A DNA stretch of 60,729 nt from Limnobacter sp. (GTDB lineage Bacteria; Pseudomonadota; Gammaproteobacteria; Burkholderiales; Burkholderiaceae_E). Location: assembly GCA_012513825.1 (NCBI GenBank), contig JAAZBL010000140.1, positions 1 to 60,729 of the forward strand. The letters run 5' to 3'. A program made the position numbers and the translations under genes. The notes below the pieces were generated by a model. The model was not told the origin of the DNA. It saw nothing but the letters and a program-made list of their open reading frames with translations, and searched no databases. The number at the start of each line of letters is the position of its first letter. Positions within the stretch are counted from its first letter, which is position 1. Of this stretch, positions 1 to 10,161 are shown piece after piece.

Positions 1-2406
1 CAGGAACACCACGCGCGCAGGCTGCATTACGACTTCCGCCTCGAACTCGACGGTACGCTGAAGAGCTGGGCCGTCCCCAAGGGGCCGAGCATGGATCCGT
101 CGATCAAGCGGATGGCGGTGCACGTCGAAGACCACCCGCTGTCCTATGCCCACTTCGAGGGTGTGATCCCGCCGAAGCAATACGGCGCCGGCACGGTGAG
201 CATCTGGGATCGCGGGACCTGGATTCCCGAAGGCGATCCCAAGGCCGGCTATCGCGACGGCAAGCTCGAATTCGAGCTGCGCGGCGAACGACTGAGCGGT
301 CGCTGGGTGCTCGTGCGCACCGGCAGCCGCAGCGCGAAGGGTGGCGACAAGGAGTCGTGGCTGCTGATGAAGCGCAAGGACGACGACGGAAAATCGAGCA
401 GCGCGGACAGGTCAGCGCTGCGCGATGGCGAGCTTCCCGACGGTGCGCGGCGAGCGTCGCTGCCGCGGCAGCTGTCCCCGCAGCTAGCCAGCCTGGTCGC
501 CGCACCGCCGTCGAACGGCGACTGGGCTTACGAGCCGAAGTTCGACGGCTACCGGCTGCTGGTTCGCATCGACGGCGACGACGTGCGCTGCTTCACGCGA
601 ACCGGCAAGGACTGGACCGACCGGCTGCCCGCACTGGCCGAAACGATCCGGTCGATGAACCTGGGCAAGGCCTGGCTCGACGGCGAACTCGTCGCGATCG
701 GCGCGAACGGCGTGCCGGACTTCCAGGCGCTGCAGAACGCGTTCGACGGCCGCGGCACCGAGGCGCTCGACTACTTCGCCTTCGACCTGCCGTGTTTCGA
801 TGGCTACGACCTGCGCGACTGTGCCTTGTCCGCACGCCGGGAGCTGCTGGCTTCGGTCCTCGGCAAAGGGGCCGCACGCGTCCACTTCAGCGAGTCCTTC
901 GACGCCGATCCCGCGTCGCTGCTCGAAGCTGCGCGTCGCAGCGGCCTCGAAGGGCTGATCGGAAAGCGGCGCGGTTCCCCTTACCGCTCGCGTCGCTCGA
1001 GCGACTGGATCAAGCTGAAGACCGGCTTGCGCCAGGAATTCGTCGTCGTCGGCTTCACCGACCCGAAGGGATCGCGCGAAGCGCTCGGCTCGCTGCTGCT
1101 GGCGGTCAACGACGAGACCGGCAAACTGCGTTACGCCGGCAACGTCGGCAGCGGATTCGACAACCGGACCCTTGCGGCACTCGGCAAGCAACTGGCCGCG
1201 CTGCGCGTCGACCGGAGCGCGCTTGCCGCCCCGCCGAAGCGCGTCGGCGCCCGCGGCGACATGCTGCCGCGCTGGGTCGAACCGAAGCTCGTCGCCGAAG
1301 TATCGTTCGCCGGCTGGACCCGCAGCGGCAGCGTGCGCCAGGCCGTCTTTCGAGGACTGCGCGACGACAAGTCGCCGTCGGAGATCCGCAGGGAAGAGCC
1401 GGAGGCACCCCCGTCGGCCTCATCGGATTCGCAGGCACCGGCCGCGTCGGCCCGGTCGGCGCCGCGCCCACGGGCCCGCGCCACGCAGCCGGCACGCTCG
1501 GGCAAGGCCGCGTCGCGCACGATCGAGTCGGTGCGCATCACCAGTGCCGAACGGATCGTCGACGCGCTGACCGGCTTCACGAAGGGCGAGCTCGTCGACT
1601 ACTACGCGCGCGCGGCCGAAGCGATGCTGCCGCACCTGAAGGGCCGCCCGGTCTCGCTGCTGCGGGCGCCGCAAGGCGTCGACGGCGAATTCTTCTTCCA
1701 GCGCCATGCCGAATCGACGTCGCTGCCGCACGTGAAGACGCTGCCCAAGTCGCTGTATCCGGACCACGACCCTTTGCTCGAGATCTCGACGCGCAAGGCG
1801 CTGCTGTCGGCAGCGCAGATGAATGCCATCGAGTTCCACACCTGGAACGCGACGACGCGTGCGATCGGCAAGCCGGACCGCATGGTTTTCGACCTGGACC
1901 CCGGCCAGGGCGTCGAATGGGACAAGGTGCTGGAGGCGGCCGGCCTCGTGCGCGCGATGCTCGACGAGCTGTCGCTCGCGAGCCTGCTGAAGACGAGCGG
2001 CGGCAAGGGCCTGCACGTGGTCGTGCCGCTGGCGCGCCGCCTCGATCACGACAAGGTCAAGGCGGTCTCGAAGGCGATCGTCGAGCACCTGGCCAAGGTG
2101 ATTCCGCAACGATTCGTGGCCAAGAGCGGACCGCGCAACCGCGTCGGCAGGATCTTCATCGACTACCTGCGCAACGGCTTCAGCGCGACGACGGTGGCCG
2201 CCTGGTCCGTGCGTGCGCGGCCCGGCCTCGGCGTTTCGGTTCCGGTCGGCTGGGACGAACTCGACGCCTTGACCAGCGGTGCGCACTGGACCGTCGAGAA
2301 CATCGACGAGCGGCTCGCGATCGGCAACGCACCGTGGGATGCGCTGCGCGCGTCGCGCCAGGGACTGGGCAAGGCGATCGAGGTGCTGGGGCTCGGGGCG
2401 CTCTGA
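1..2406 (+). CDS. ligD: NHEJ DNA ligase D (phosphoesterase, ATP-dependent ligase and primase-polymerase domains); 5' end lies outside the window
   Basis: Frame is open from base 1: [30 protein letters not shown] (PE domain), EPKFDGYR adenylation motif, EGLIGK, WIKLK, and the polymerase-domain motifs [20 protein letters not shown] and IFIDYLRN. Confidence 0.95.
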   Translation, partial: QEHHARRLHYDFRLELDGTLKSWAVPKGPSMDPSIKRMAVHVEDHPLSYAHFEGVIPPKQYGAGTVSIWDRGTWIPEGDPKAGYRDGKLEFELRGERLSGRWVLVRTGSRSAKGGDKESWLLMKRKDDDGKSSSADRSALRDGELPDGARRASLPRQLSPQLASLVAAPPSNGDWAYEPKFDGYRLLVRIDGDDVRCFTRTGKDWTDRLPALAETIRSMNLGKAWLDGELVAIGANGVPDFQALQNAFDGRGTEALDYFAFDLPCFDGYDLRDCALSARRELLASVLGKGAARVHFSESFDADPASLLEAARRSGLEGLIGKRRGSPYRSRRSSDWIKLKTGLRQEFVVVGFTDPKGSREALGSLLLAVNDETGKLRYAGNVGSGFDNRTLAALGKQLAALRVDRSALAAPPKRVGARGDMLPRWVEPKLVAEVSFAGWTRSGSVRQAVFRGLRDDKSPSEIRREEPEAPPSASSDSQAPAASARSAPRPRARATQPARSGKAASRTIESVRITSAERIVDALTGFTKGELVDYYARAAEAMLPHLKGRPVSLLRAPQGVDGEFFFQRHAESTSLPHVKTLPKSLYPDHDPLLEISTRKALLSAAQMNAIEFHTWNATTRAIGKPDRMVFDLDPGQGVEWDKVLEAAGLVRAMLDELSLASLLKTSGGKGLHVVVPLARRLDHDKVKAVSKAIVEHLAKVIPQRFVAKSGPRNRVGRIFIDYLRNGFSATTVAAWSVRARPGLGVSVPVGWDELDALTSGAHWTVENIDERLAIGNAPWDALRASRQGLGKAIEVLGLGAL

Positions 2407-2467
2407 GACAATCGCGGATTGTCATTTCCCGGCCGCCTGCGCGGCGGCCCGCCTGGAGCATCACCGA

Positions 2468-3562
2468 ATGGCCCTTCAATGCGGCATCGTCGGACTGCCG
2501 AACGTCGGCAAGTCGACCCTGTTCAACGCCCTGACCAAGGCCGGCATCTCTGCCGAGAACTACCCGTTCTGCACGATCGAGCCGAACGTCGGCATCGTCG
2601 AAGTGCCCGACCCGCGGCTCGATGTCCTGGCCGGCATCGTCAAGCCGCAGCGCGTGCTGCCGGCCACCGTCGAGTTCGTCGACATCGCCGGGCTGGTGGC
2701 CGGCGCCTCGAAGGGCGAGGGCCTGGGCAACCAGTTCCTCGCGAACATTCGCGAGACCGATGCCATCGTGCATGTCGTCCGCTGCTTCGAAGACGACAAC
2801 GTCGTGCACGTCAGCGGGCGCATCGATCCGGTGTCGGACATCGAGATCATCGACACCGAGCTGGCGCTGGCCGACATGGCGACCGTCGAGAAGGCGCTTG
2901 CGCGCTACTCGAAGCAGGCGCGCGCGGGCGGCGACAAGGAAGCGCAGCGCCTGGTCGCCGTGCTCGACAAGTGCATGGCGCAACTGAACGAGGCGAAGCC
3001 GGTGCGCGCGCTCGACCTCTACGACGAGGAGAAGGCGCTGATCAAGCCGCTGTGCCTGCTCACGGCCAAGCCGACGATGTACGTCGCCAACGTGCGCGAA
3101 GACGGCTTCGAGAACAACCCGCACCTCGACGCGGTCCGCAAGCACGCCGAGGCGCAGGGTTCGGTCGTCGTGCCGGTCTGCGCGGCCATCGAGGCCGAGA
3201 TCGCCGACCTGTCCGACGAGGACAAGCAGGTCTTCCTCGAAGACATGGGGATGGACGAGCCGGGGCTGAACCGCGTGATCCGCGCCGCCTACTCGCTGCT
3301 GGGTTTGCAGACCTATTTCACCGCCGGCGTCAAGGAAGTGCGCGCCTGGACGATCCATGTCGGCGATACCGCCCCGCAGGCCGCCGGCGTCATCCACAGC
3401 GACTTCGAGAAGGGTTTCATCCGCGCCGAAACGATCTCGTACGAGGACTTCGTCGCCTGCGGCGGCGAGGCCGGGGCGAAGGAAAAAGGGAAGATGCGGC
3501 TCGAGGGCAAGGACTACGTCGTCAAGGACGGGGACGTCGTGCACTTCAGGTTCAACGTCTGA
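2468..3562 (+). CDS. ychF: Redox-regulated ATPase YchF (Obg family)
   Basis: [43 protein letters not shown]-terminal [15 protein letters not shown]; GGAG RBS upstream. Confidence 0.97.
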   Translation: MALQCGIVGLPNVGKSTLFNALTKAGISAENYPFCTIEPNVGIVEVPDPRLDVLAGIVKPQRVLPATVEFVDIAGLVAGASKGEGLGNQFLANIRETDAIVHVVRCFEDDNVVHVSGRIDPVSDIEIIDTELALADMATVEKALARYSKQARAGGDKEAQRLVAVLDKCMAQLNEAKPVRALDLYDEEKALIKPLCLLTAKPTMYVANVREDGFENNPHLDAVRKHAEAQGSVVVPVCAAIEAEIADLSDEDKQVFLEDMGMDEPGLNRVIRAAYSLLGLQTYFTAGVKEVRAWTIHVGDTAPQAAGVIHSDFEKGFIRAETISYEDFVACGGEAGAKEKGKMRLEGKDYVVKDGDVVHFRFNV

Positions 3563-3570
3563 GCCCGACC

Positions 3571-5025
3571 TCAGAACGACCCGAACATCGACCCGAGCAC
3601 GATCACGGCGACGAGCGCGATCACCGCGCTTACGATCCCGACCATCACGATGTCGCGATAGCTTTCGCGGTGCGTCGAGCCGCAGACGGCGAGCAGCGTG
3701 ACGATCGCGCCGTTGTGCGGCAGGCTGTCCAGCGTCCCCGAGCCGATCACCGCGACCCGGTGAAGCAGCGAAGGATCCATGCCGATCTCGGCGGCCCGCG
3801 CGAGATAGGTCGGCCCGAGCGCGTCGAGCGCGATCGTCAGGCCGCCCGAGGCCGAACCGGTCAGCGCGGCCAGCACGTTGACCGCGGCGGCCATCGACAC
3901 GAGCGGGCCGCCGCCGATGCCGAGCACCGCTTCGCGCACGATCTCGAAGGCCGGCAGCGCCGCAACGACCGCCCCGAAGCCGACGAGGCTGGCAACGCTC
4001 AATGCAGGCAGCACCGACGCGTTCGCGCCGGCGTCCATCGTCTCGCGCAGCGCGGGAAGGCGACGGCGATGCAGCACCAGCACCGTCGCGATCGCGCAGG
4101 CCAGCGCCGTCACGACCGACCAGACGCCGCCGACCCCTTCGAGGCTCGTCTCGCCCCAGCGGACTTCGGCGAGGAACGACAGGTCGAGGCGCGGCAGCAC
4201 GAAAAGCGACATCGCGAGGTTCACCGCAACGACGACGATCAGCGGCAGCAGCGCCAGCGCAACCGGCGGCGGCGTATCGGTTCGCGCGCCCTGCGCGATC
4301 TCGCTGGGGTCGAATTCGCCGGTATGCACGGCACGCTCGCGCAGCAGCGGATCCTCGGCCAGCGGTATCGCCGGCGGCGGCGGGAGGTCGCCGAAACCTT
4401 CGCCGGCGCGCACGGCAGCGGTCACGGCCCGTTGCAGCCACCAGATGCCGAACCCGAACATGATCGCCGACGCGATGATGCCGAGCCCCGGCGCCGCGAA
4501 CGGCGTCGTGCCGAAGAAGGGCATCGGGATCGCGTTCTGTATCGCCGGCGTGCCGGGCATCGCCGACATCGTGAACGTCGACGTACCCAGCGCGATCGCT
4601 GCCGGCATCAATCGACGCGGGATGCCGGCCCTGCGGAACAGCCCCTGCGCCATCGGCGCCAGCACGAAGAACGCGACGAAAAGGCTGACCCCGCCGTAGG
4701 TGACCAGCGCGCCGGCAAGCACGACCGCGAGCATCGCCCGCTCGGTGCCGAGCTTGTCCATCATGAAGTTCGCGATCACCGTGACCGAGCCGCTGTCTTC
4801 CATCAGCTTGCCGAACAGGGCGCCGAGCAGGAACAGCGGGAAGAACTGCGCCAGGAAGCCGGCTGCGCTGCCCATGAACGTCTGGGTCCAGTGCGCGAGC
4901 AGCGGCTCGCCGGCGAACGCGGCCGCCAGCAGCGCAGCCAGCGGCGCGAGAAGCAACACGCTCCAGCCGCGGAACGCGAGGCCGACGAGAAGCGCGAGGC
5001 CGATCAGGATGCCGAGCAAGCCCAT
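3571..5025 (-). CDS. GntP-family (ion transporter superfamily) organic-acid permease
   Basis: 484-aa polytopic membrane protein with FLLGALFGKLMEDSGS, LVTYGGVSLFV, MPGTPAIQNAIP, TGSASGGL and DSLPHNGA motifs typical of GntP-type permeases. Confidence 0.8.
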   Translation of the reverse strand: MGLLGILIGLALLVGLAFRGWSVLLLAPLAALLAAAFAGEPLLAHWTQTFMGSAAGFLAQFFPLFLLGALFGKLMEDSGSVTVIANFMMDKLGTERAMLAVVLAGALVTYGGVSLFVAFFVLAPMAQGLFRRAGIPRRLMPAAIALGTSTFTMSAMPGTPAIQNAIPMPFFGTTPFAAPGLGIIASAIMFGFGIWWLQRAVTAAVRAGEGFGDLPPPPAIPLAEDPLLRERAVHTGEFDPSEIAQGARTDTPPPVALALLPLIVVVAVNLAMSLFVLPRLDLSFLAEVRWGETSLEGVGGVWSVVTALACAIATVLVLHRRRLPALRETMDAGANASVLPALSVASLVGFGAVVAALPAFEIVREAVLGIGGGPLVSMAAAVNVLAALTGSASGGLTIALDALGPTYLARAAEIGMDPSLLHRVAVIGSGTLDSLPHNGAIVTLLAVCGSTHRESYRDIVMVGIVSAVIALVAVIVLGSMFGSF

Positions 5026-5038
5026 CCGCGCACCCGGC

Positions 5039-6079
5039 TCAGACGCCTTCGAGCAGCGTATCGAGATCGAGCGACGAGCGCCGGCCGAGGTCTTCGCCGT
5101 GAACGTCGAGAAAGGCCTGCGCCGCCTTGCGCCCCTCGTCGCGCAACGCGATCAGGAACGGCCATTCGGCATTCAGCTTCGACGAATAGCCGAGGTCGAG
5201 CATCGAGTCGCTGGCTACGCGATGGATGCGCATGCCGGCCCAGCGCCATCCCTCCTCGTGCCCCGGGTCGGCGACGCGGCGCAGCAGGGCCATCATCCGC
5301 AGCTCCTTGAGCAGCACCGAGTTGAACGAAACCTCGTTGAGCCGGTTGACGATCTCGCGCGAGCTGCGCGGCGTCCGTGGCCGTTCGATCGGGTTGATCT
5401 GCACGAGGATCGTGTCGTCCGAGTCGGACTCGCGGATCAGCGGCGTGATCGTCGGATTGCCGGCGTAACCGCCATCCCAGTAGTCCTCGCCGTCGACCGT
5501 GATCGCCTGGAACATCGTCGGAAGGCAGGCCGAGGCGAGCAACACGTCGGCGCTCAGGTCCGCATTGCGAAAGACGCGGCCACGGCCGGTTCGCACCGAG
5601 GTCGCCGTCACGAACAACCGGATGGGCCCGGTGGCGAGCCGATCGAAGTCGATGGTCCGGTTCAGGATCGTGCGCAGCGGATTGAAGCCGGCCGGATTGA
5701 CGTCGTACGGCGACAGCGTTCGCGCCATCAGGTCCATAGCGACGAAACCCGGCGAGTTGTCGAGCGACCAGCTACCGAGCAGCAGGTCGATCGGCCCTCT
5801 CTGCAGAGGACTGAAGCGGGCGGCGGTGGAGACCCTGCGCCAGAAGGTCTCGAGTGCCTCGCGCGCCCCTTCGATCCCGCCGGCGGCGAAGCCGTCGGCC
5901 AGCACGGCGGCGTTCATCGCGCCGGCGGACGTTCCGGAGATGGCGTCGATGCGAAGCCATGCCTCCTCGAGCAGCCTGTCGAGCACGCCCCAGGTGAAGG
6001 CCCCATGGGCGCCACCCCCCTGCAGCGCGAAATCGACGAGGACTTCGCCGTTCCTCGGTTGCGCCTTCGTCGCGTTCAT
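5039..6079 (-). CDS. Patatin-like phospholipase/esterase
   Basis: ALQGGGAHGAF oxyanion loop, GTSAG nucleophile elbow, DGG catalytic Asp (YWDGGY), LASACLP. Confidence 0.92.
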   Translation of the reverse strand: MNATKAQPRNGEVLVDFALQGGGAHGAFTWGVLDRLLEEAWLRIDAISGTSAGAMNAAVLADGFAAGGIEGAREALETFWRRVSTAARFSPLQRGPIDLLLGSWSLDNSPGFVAMDLMARTLSPYDVNPAGFNPLRTILNRTIDFDRLATGPIRLFVTATSVRTGRGRVFRNADLSADVLLASACLPTMFQAITVDGEDYWDGGYAGNPTITPLIRESDSDDTILVQINPIERPRTPRSSREIVNRLNEVSFNSVLLKELRMMALLRRVADPGHEEGWRWAGMRIHRVASDSMLDLGYSSKLNAEWPFLIALRDEGRKAAQAFLDVHGEDLGRRSSLDLDTLLEGV

Positions 6080-6181
6080 CGTCGCCCCTCCGGTGCGCGC
6101 AGGCAGGCCCTGCCTGCAGGCGCGGACCCGGCATGCCGCAGCAAGGGGCCAATATAACGCCGAAAGACGGCGCGCCGGCGC

Positions 6182-6745
6182 TTATCGGCGCTGTTTTCCT
6201 TCGTCGACCGCGCGTTCGAGCTCGGCGTCCGACAGCATCCTGAGGTCCGGGTCGGCGGTACCCCCGTCGGGCGGAACGAAGCGCAGTTCCCGCATGTACG
6301 GGGTCGGTTTGCCGCGGCGGTAGTCGACGAACTCCTGCGCGTAGTAGTCGCGCGCCTGCTGCACGCTCTTCGCGCCGTTGACGATGTCGTGCATCAGGTT
6401 CAACGCCAGGAAATTGGCCTGCTCGTCATGGCAACGCGCCGAAACCTCGCCGACCGTGCGTTCGACGATGATGCTGCCGTCGAAGGCGGCGAGCTCGCCG
6501 ATCTTCTCGGCCGGCACGCTGTAGTCGATGACCGATTCGACCGAATCATGGTGCGGCGCAGGGAAGTCGTGACGGTAGAAGGCTTTAGACGCGACGATCC
6601 GCTTCCACGGGCCCACGCGATACCAGACCAGCTGGCTTTCGCCGGCTTCGTCGGGTTCGCCGTATTGATCGATCACCAGCTTCGCGGCTTCGCGCGACTC
6701 CTCGGGCCAACCCTCGATGACCTGGCTTCCATTCGCGGTTTTCAT
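6182..6745 (-). CDS. Conserved hypothetical protein (187 aa)
   Basis: ATG at 6745 preceded by AGGAAG; globular composition with YGEPDE, GPWKRI, FPAPHHD, FDGS, SARCHDEQANFLALNL; strong GC3 codon bias. Confidence 0.75.
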   Translation of the reverse strand: MKTANGSQVIEGWPEESREAAKLVIDQYGEPDEAGESQLVWYRVGPWKRIVASKAFYRHDFPAPHHDSVESVIDYSVPAEKIGELAAFDGSIIVERTVGEVSARCHDEQANFLALNLMHDIVNGAKSVQQARDYYAQEFVDYRRGKPTPYMRELRFVPPDGGTADPDLRMLSDAELERAVDEGKQRR

Positions 6746-6872
6746 GGCGGCTTCCTGAAGCGGACTGACGGACGCTTTCCCGGATTCGATGCCGAGCGTC
6801 ACCGCAATCGATGGACCTGTCCCGCCAGCCGCTCCGGTGGAGACCCGGCGACCGACCCGGAGCCGGAGCGCT

Positions 6873-7361
6873 TCAGCGACGCGAGGCCGGCGCAACCGGT
6901 CCGTCGCAGTCGTAGCCGGCGCGAAGCTCGACGAAGCGCTCGACGACCAGCATCGGGCGCTTCGGCCCTTCCATGAACACGCGCGATTCCACGCGTCCGT
7001 CGACGGTTGCCAGCACCGGGATGCCCGGTCCGGCGCGCGCCTGCAGGTAGGCGCGCTCGAGCGCCGCGTTGTCCGCCTCCGTGGCCACCACCAGGCGCTG
7101 TCCGCTTCGGCATTCGACGAAGCTGCCGGTGTCGGCCATCAGCGTGTACATGCCGCGCAGGCGCCGAACCGACGGCGATGCGCGGGTCGACTGCGCGTCG
7201 GAGGCTCCCGCCGCCGCGACACCGGTCGCAGCGGGACTTGCGGGGGCCGCCGGATCGTTGCGCTCCGGCGGTCCGGCGCAAGCGGCCGCGAACGCGACGA
7301 CGGCAAGGCCGAAGGCCCCTTCGGCGAGGGCCGGAAAGCCCGGCCTGTTCCATCGGTTCAC
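6873..7361 (-). CDS. Putative lipoprotein with NlpE C-terminal OB-fold-like domain
   Basis: GTG start after GAGGAG; hydrophobic signal ending AAAC (lipobox-like); GMYTLMADTGSFVEC...ALERAYL...PVLATVDGR...MEG...LVVERF resembles the NlpE C-terminal domain. Corresponds to the 3' end of the 6873..10352 ORF. Confidence 0.65.
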   Translation of the reverse strand: MNRWNRPGFPALAEGAFGLAVVAFAAACAGPPERNDPAAPASPAATGVAAAGASDAQSTRASPSVRRLRGMYTLMADTGSFVECRSGQRLVVATEADNAALERAYLQARAGPGIPVLATVDGRVESRVFMEGPKRPMLVVERFVELRAGYDCDGPVAPASRR

Positions 7362-7514
7362 GCTGGCTCCTCGGGGCAACGAAGGCGAGACGCACGAGCC
7401 CCTTCCGAACTGTACGTCGATTGCTGCACCATGGCAGCTTCGCTGCGAGGAGACCGGCATGACGACTCGCCCCCATTGCGGAAGCCCGCGCGCTCCGGCG
7501 TCCCGGGTCGCCTG

Positions 7515-10109
7515 ATGCAGCCGGGCGCACTGGCGCGGCGATGGGCGCTGCCGCTGATCGCCGCGTTGCTGTTCGGCGCCGCGCTGTGGGTGCTGCACGG
7601 CGAGCTGCAGTCGGTTCACCCGACGGAGGTCAGGGAGGCGCTGCGCGCACTGCCTGCGCAACGCCTGCTGCTGGCCCTGGCGCTCGTCGGGGCGAACTAC
7701 CTGGTGCTGGCCGGCTACGACCTGCTCGCGTTCGTCCATGCCGGCCCCCGGCCCGGCCGGCGGCACGTCGTCTGCACGGCACTGCTGGCCTTCGCGATCA
7801 GCAACAACGTGGGCTTCGCGCTGCTGTCCGGCGCCGCGGTTCGCTATCACTTCCTGTCGCGCCACGGCGTCGACGCACAGCAGCTGTCGCGCGCGATGCT
7901 GTTCTCGTCGACGACCTTCTGGCTCGGCCTGTGCGCGCTCGGCGGCGCCACGCTGGCCTTCGGACCGGCGCTCGGACAGGGCGCAGCGACGGGAAGCGCG
8001 CCGATACGGATCGCCGGGTTCGGACTGCTGGGTCTGGCAGCGGCGTACCTGGTGGCCTGCGTGCTTCGCAAGGCGCCTCTCAGGCTGCGCGGCTTCGAGT
8101 ACCGGCTGCCGCGGCTGCCGCTGGCCCTCGGCCAGCTCGGGCTCTCGATCGCGGACTGGATGCTTGCAGCGGCCGTGCTCCATGCGCTGCTGCCGGCCGG
8201 CGGCCCGCCCTACACCGTCGTGCTCGGCGCCTTCCTGGCAGCGCAGTTCCTCGGACTCGCGAGCCATGTGCCGGGCGGGCTCGGCGTGTTCGAAGGCGCG
8301 GTCGTCGTGCTGCTCGGTGGCTGGGTGCCGCATGCCGAGTTGCTTTCGGCGCTGCTGCTGTATCGGATCGCCTACTACATGCTTCCGCTGGGCCTCGCGC
8401 TGGCCTACCTGGTCGTGCACGAGGCGCGCAGGCGACGCGAGCACCTGCGGGGGGTCGGCAACGCGCTCGGTACGCTTTCGGCCCAGCTCGTGCCGAAACT
8501 GCTCGCCGCAGTGCTGTTCGTCGGCGGGGCCGTGCTGCTGTTCTCGGGCGCGACGCCGGCCGAGCCCGACCGCATGCGCTGGCTCGATCGCATCCTGCCG
8601 CTGGCCGTATTCGAAACCTCGCACTTTCTCGGCAGCATCGCCGGCGTCGGGCTGCTGATCGTGGCGCGCGGCGTCGCGCGCCGGCTGCGGATCGCCTGGC
8701 GGCTGGCCTTGCTCGGCCTGCTTGCCGGCATCGTCGCCTCGCTGGCCAAGGGCGGCGACTGGGAAGAGGCGCTGCTGCTCGCGCTGATCCTGCTTGCGCT
8801 TCTGGCGGCCCGCGCCGGCTTCGACCGCCCGACCGCGATGCTCGGGCTGCGCCAGACGCCGGGATGGATCGTCGCGATCGTCTGCGCGTTCGGCGCATCG
8901 ATCTGGCTCGGGCTGTTTGCCTACCGGCACGTCGAGTACGCGGATACGCTGTGGTGGCAGTTCGCGCTCGAACACGACGTTTCGCGCTGGCTGCGCGCGT
9001 CGGTCGGCGCGGCGGTCGCGCTGTCGGCCTTCGGCGCGATGCGACTGCTGCGCCCGGCGCCGCCGCTGGCGGCTCCCCCCAGCGACGAGGACCTGGTCGA
9101 CGCTGCGCGAGTGATCGACCGGCAAAGCCATACGATGGCGCAACTGGTCTTCCTGCGCGACAAGTCGCTGATCTTCGACGCCGATCGCAACGCGTTCCTG
9201 ATGTACGGGGTCCAGGGACGCAGCTGGGTCGCGCTCGGCGACCCCGTCGGCGACCCGGCCGCGGCGCCCGGGCTGGTTCGCTCGTTCGTCGAGCGCGCCG
9301 CCGACGCCGGCGGCACGCCGGTCTTCTACCAGGTCAGGCCCGACTGCCTGCATGTCTACGCGGACATGGGGATGAGCTTCACGAAGCTCGGCGAGGAAGC
9401 GCGCGTGTCGCTCGCTGATTTTTCGCTGGAAGGCGGCGCCCACCGCGGCCAGCGCAATACGCTGAGCCAGCTCGCCCGGCAAGGGCTGCGCTTCCGGGTC
9501 CTGCCGCCCGACGACGTCCCGGCCAGGCTGCCCGAGCTGAAGGCGATATCGGACGACTGGCTGTCGCACAAGGCGGCCAGCGAGAAAGGCTTCTCGCTCG
9601 GACGATTCGACCCCGACTACCTGGCACGCTTTCCGCTTGCGGTGATGGAGACCGTCGCCACCGCGCCGGACCGAACCGGCGGCGCGTCGGGCAGCGAAAC
9701 ACGGATCGAGGCCTTCGCCAACCTCTGGGCCAGCGCGGATCGCTGCGAGCTGTCGATCGACCTGATGCGCCATCGCGATACGGCGCCCAGGAAGGTCATG
9801 GACGGCCTGTTCATCGAACTGTTCCGCTGGGGCCACGACAACGGCTATCGCTGGTTCAACCTCGGAATGGCGCCGCTGTCGGGCATCGCGGCCTCGATGC
9901 GCGTACCGATACGCGTGCGCCTGGGCGGCTGGCTGTATCGGCACGGAGAGCCCTTCTACAACTTCCAGGGCTTGCGCGCATTCAAGGAAAAGTTCGATCC
10001 GGCCTGGGAGCCGCGCTACCTCGCGCACCCGGTCGGCCCGAGCCTGCCCCGCGTCCTGGCCGACATCGCGGCACTGATCGCAGGCGGATACACGCGGGTC
10101 TTTCGCTGA
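7515..10109 (+). CDS. mprF: Bifunctional aminoacyl-phosphatidylglycerol flippase/synthase MprF
   Basis: Many TM helices with SHVPGGLGVFE and LLYRIAYY; C-terminal DUF2156 synthase domain with GDPVG, KLGEEA, EKGFSLG, DLMRH, FNLGMAPLSG, YNFQGLRAFKEKF; alternative start at 7431. Confidence 0.93.
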   Translation: MQPGALARRWALPLIAALLFGAALWVLHGELQSVHPTEVREALRALPAQRLLLALALVGANYLVLAGYDLLAFVHAGPRPGRRHVVCTALLAFAISNNVGFALLSGAAVRYHFLSRHGVDAQQLSRAMLFSSTTFWLGLCALGGATLAFGPALGQGAATGSAPIRIAGFGLLGLAAAYLVACVLRKAPLRLRGFEYRLPRLPLALGQLGLSIADWMLAAAVLHALLPAGGPPYTVVLGAFLAAQFLGLASHVPGGLGVFEGAVVVLLGGWVPHAELLSALLLYRIAYYMLPLGLALAYLVVHEARRRREHLRGVGNALGTLSAQLVPKLLAAVLFVGGAVLLFSGATPAEPDRMRWLDRILPLAVFETSHFLGSIAGVGLLIVARGVARRLRIAWRLALLGLLAGIVASLAKGGDWEEALLLALILLALLAARAGFDRPTAMLGLRQTPGWIVAIVCAFGASIWLGLFAYRHVEYADTLWWQFALEHDVSRWLRASVGAAVALSAFGAMRLLRPAPPLAAPPSDEDLVDAARVIDRQSHTMAQLVFLRDKSLIFDADRNAFLMYGVQGRSWVALGDPVGDPAAAPGLVRSFVERAADAGGTPVFYQVRPDCLHVYADMGMSFTKLGEEARVSLADFSLEGGAHRGQRNTLSQLARQGLRFRVLPPDDVPARLPELKAISDDWLSHKAASEKGFSLGRFDPDYLARFPLAVMETVATAPDRTGGASGSETRIEAFANLWASADRCELSIDLMRHRDTAPRKVMDGLFIELFRWGHDNGYRWFNLGMAPLSGIAASMRVPIRVRLGGWLYRHGEPFYNFQGLRAFKEKFDPAWEPRYLAHPVGPSLPRVLADIAALIAGGYTRVFR

Positions 10110-10161
10110 AACGGATCGGCGTGCCGGAAGGGCGATCGCCGGATTGCCGTCCGAAGTGGCG

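Noticed and set aside
5039-6745. Patatin as a CBASS or other anti-phage effector
   Set aside because: No CD-NTase or other defence genes nearby; the context is a metabolic permease and codon usage matches the host.
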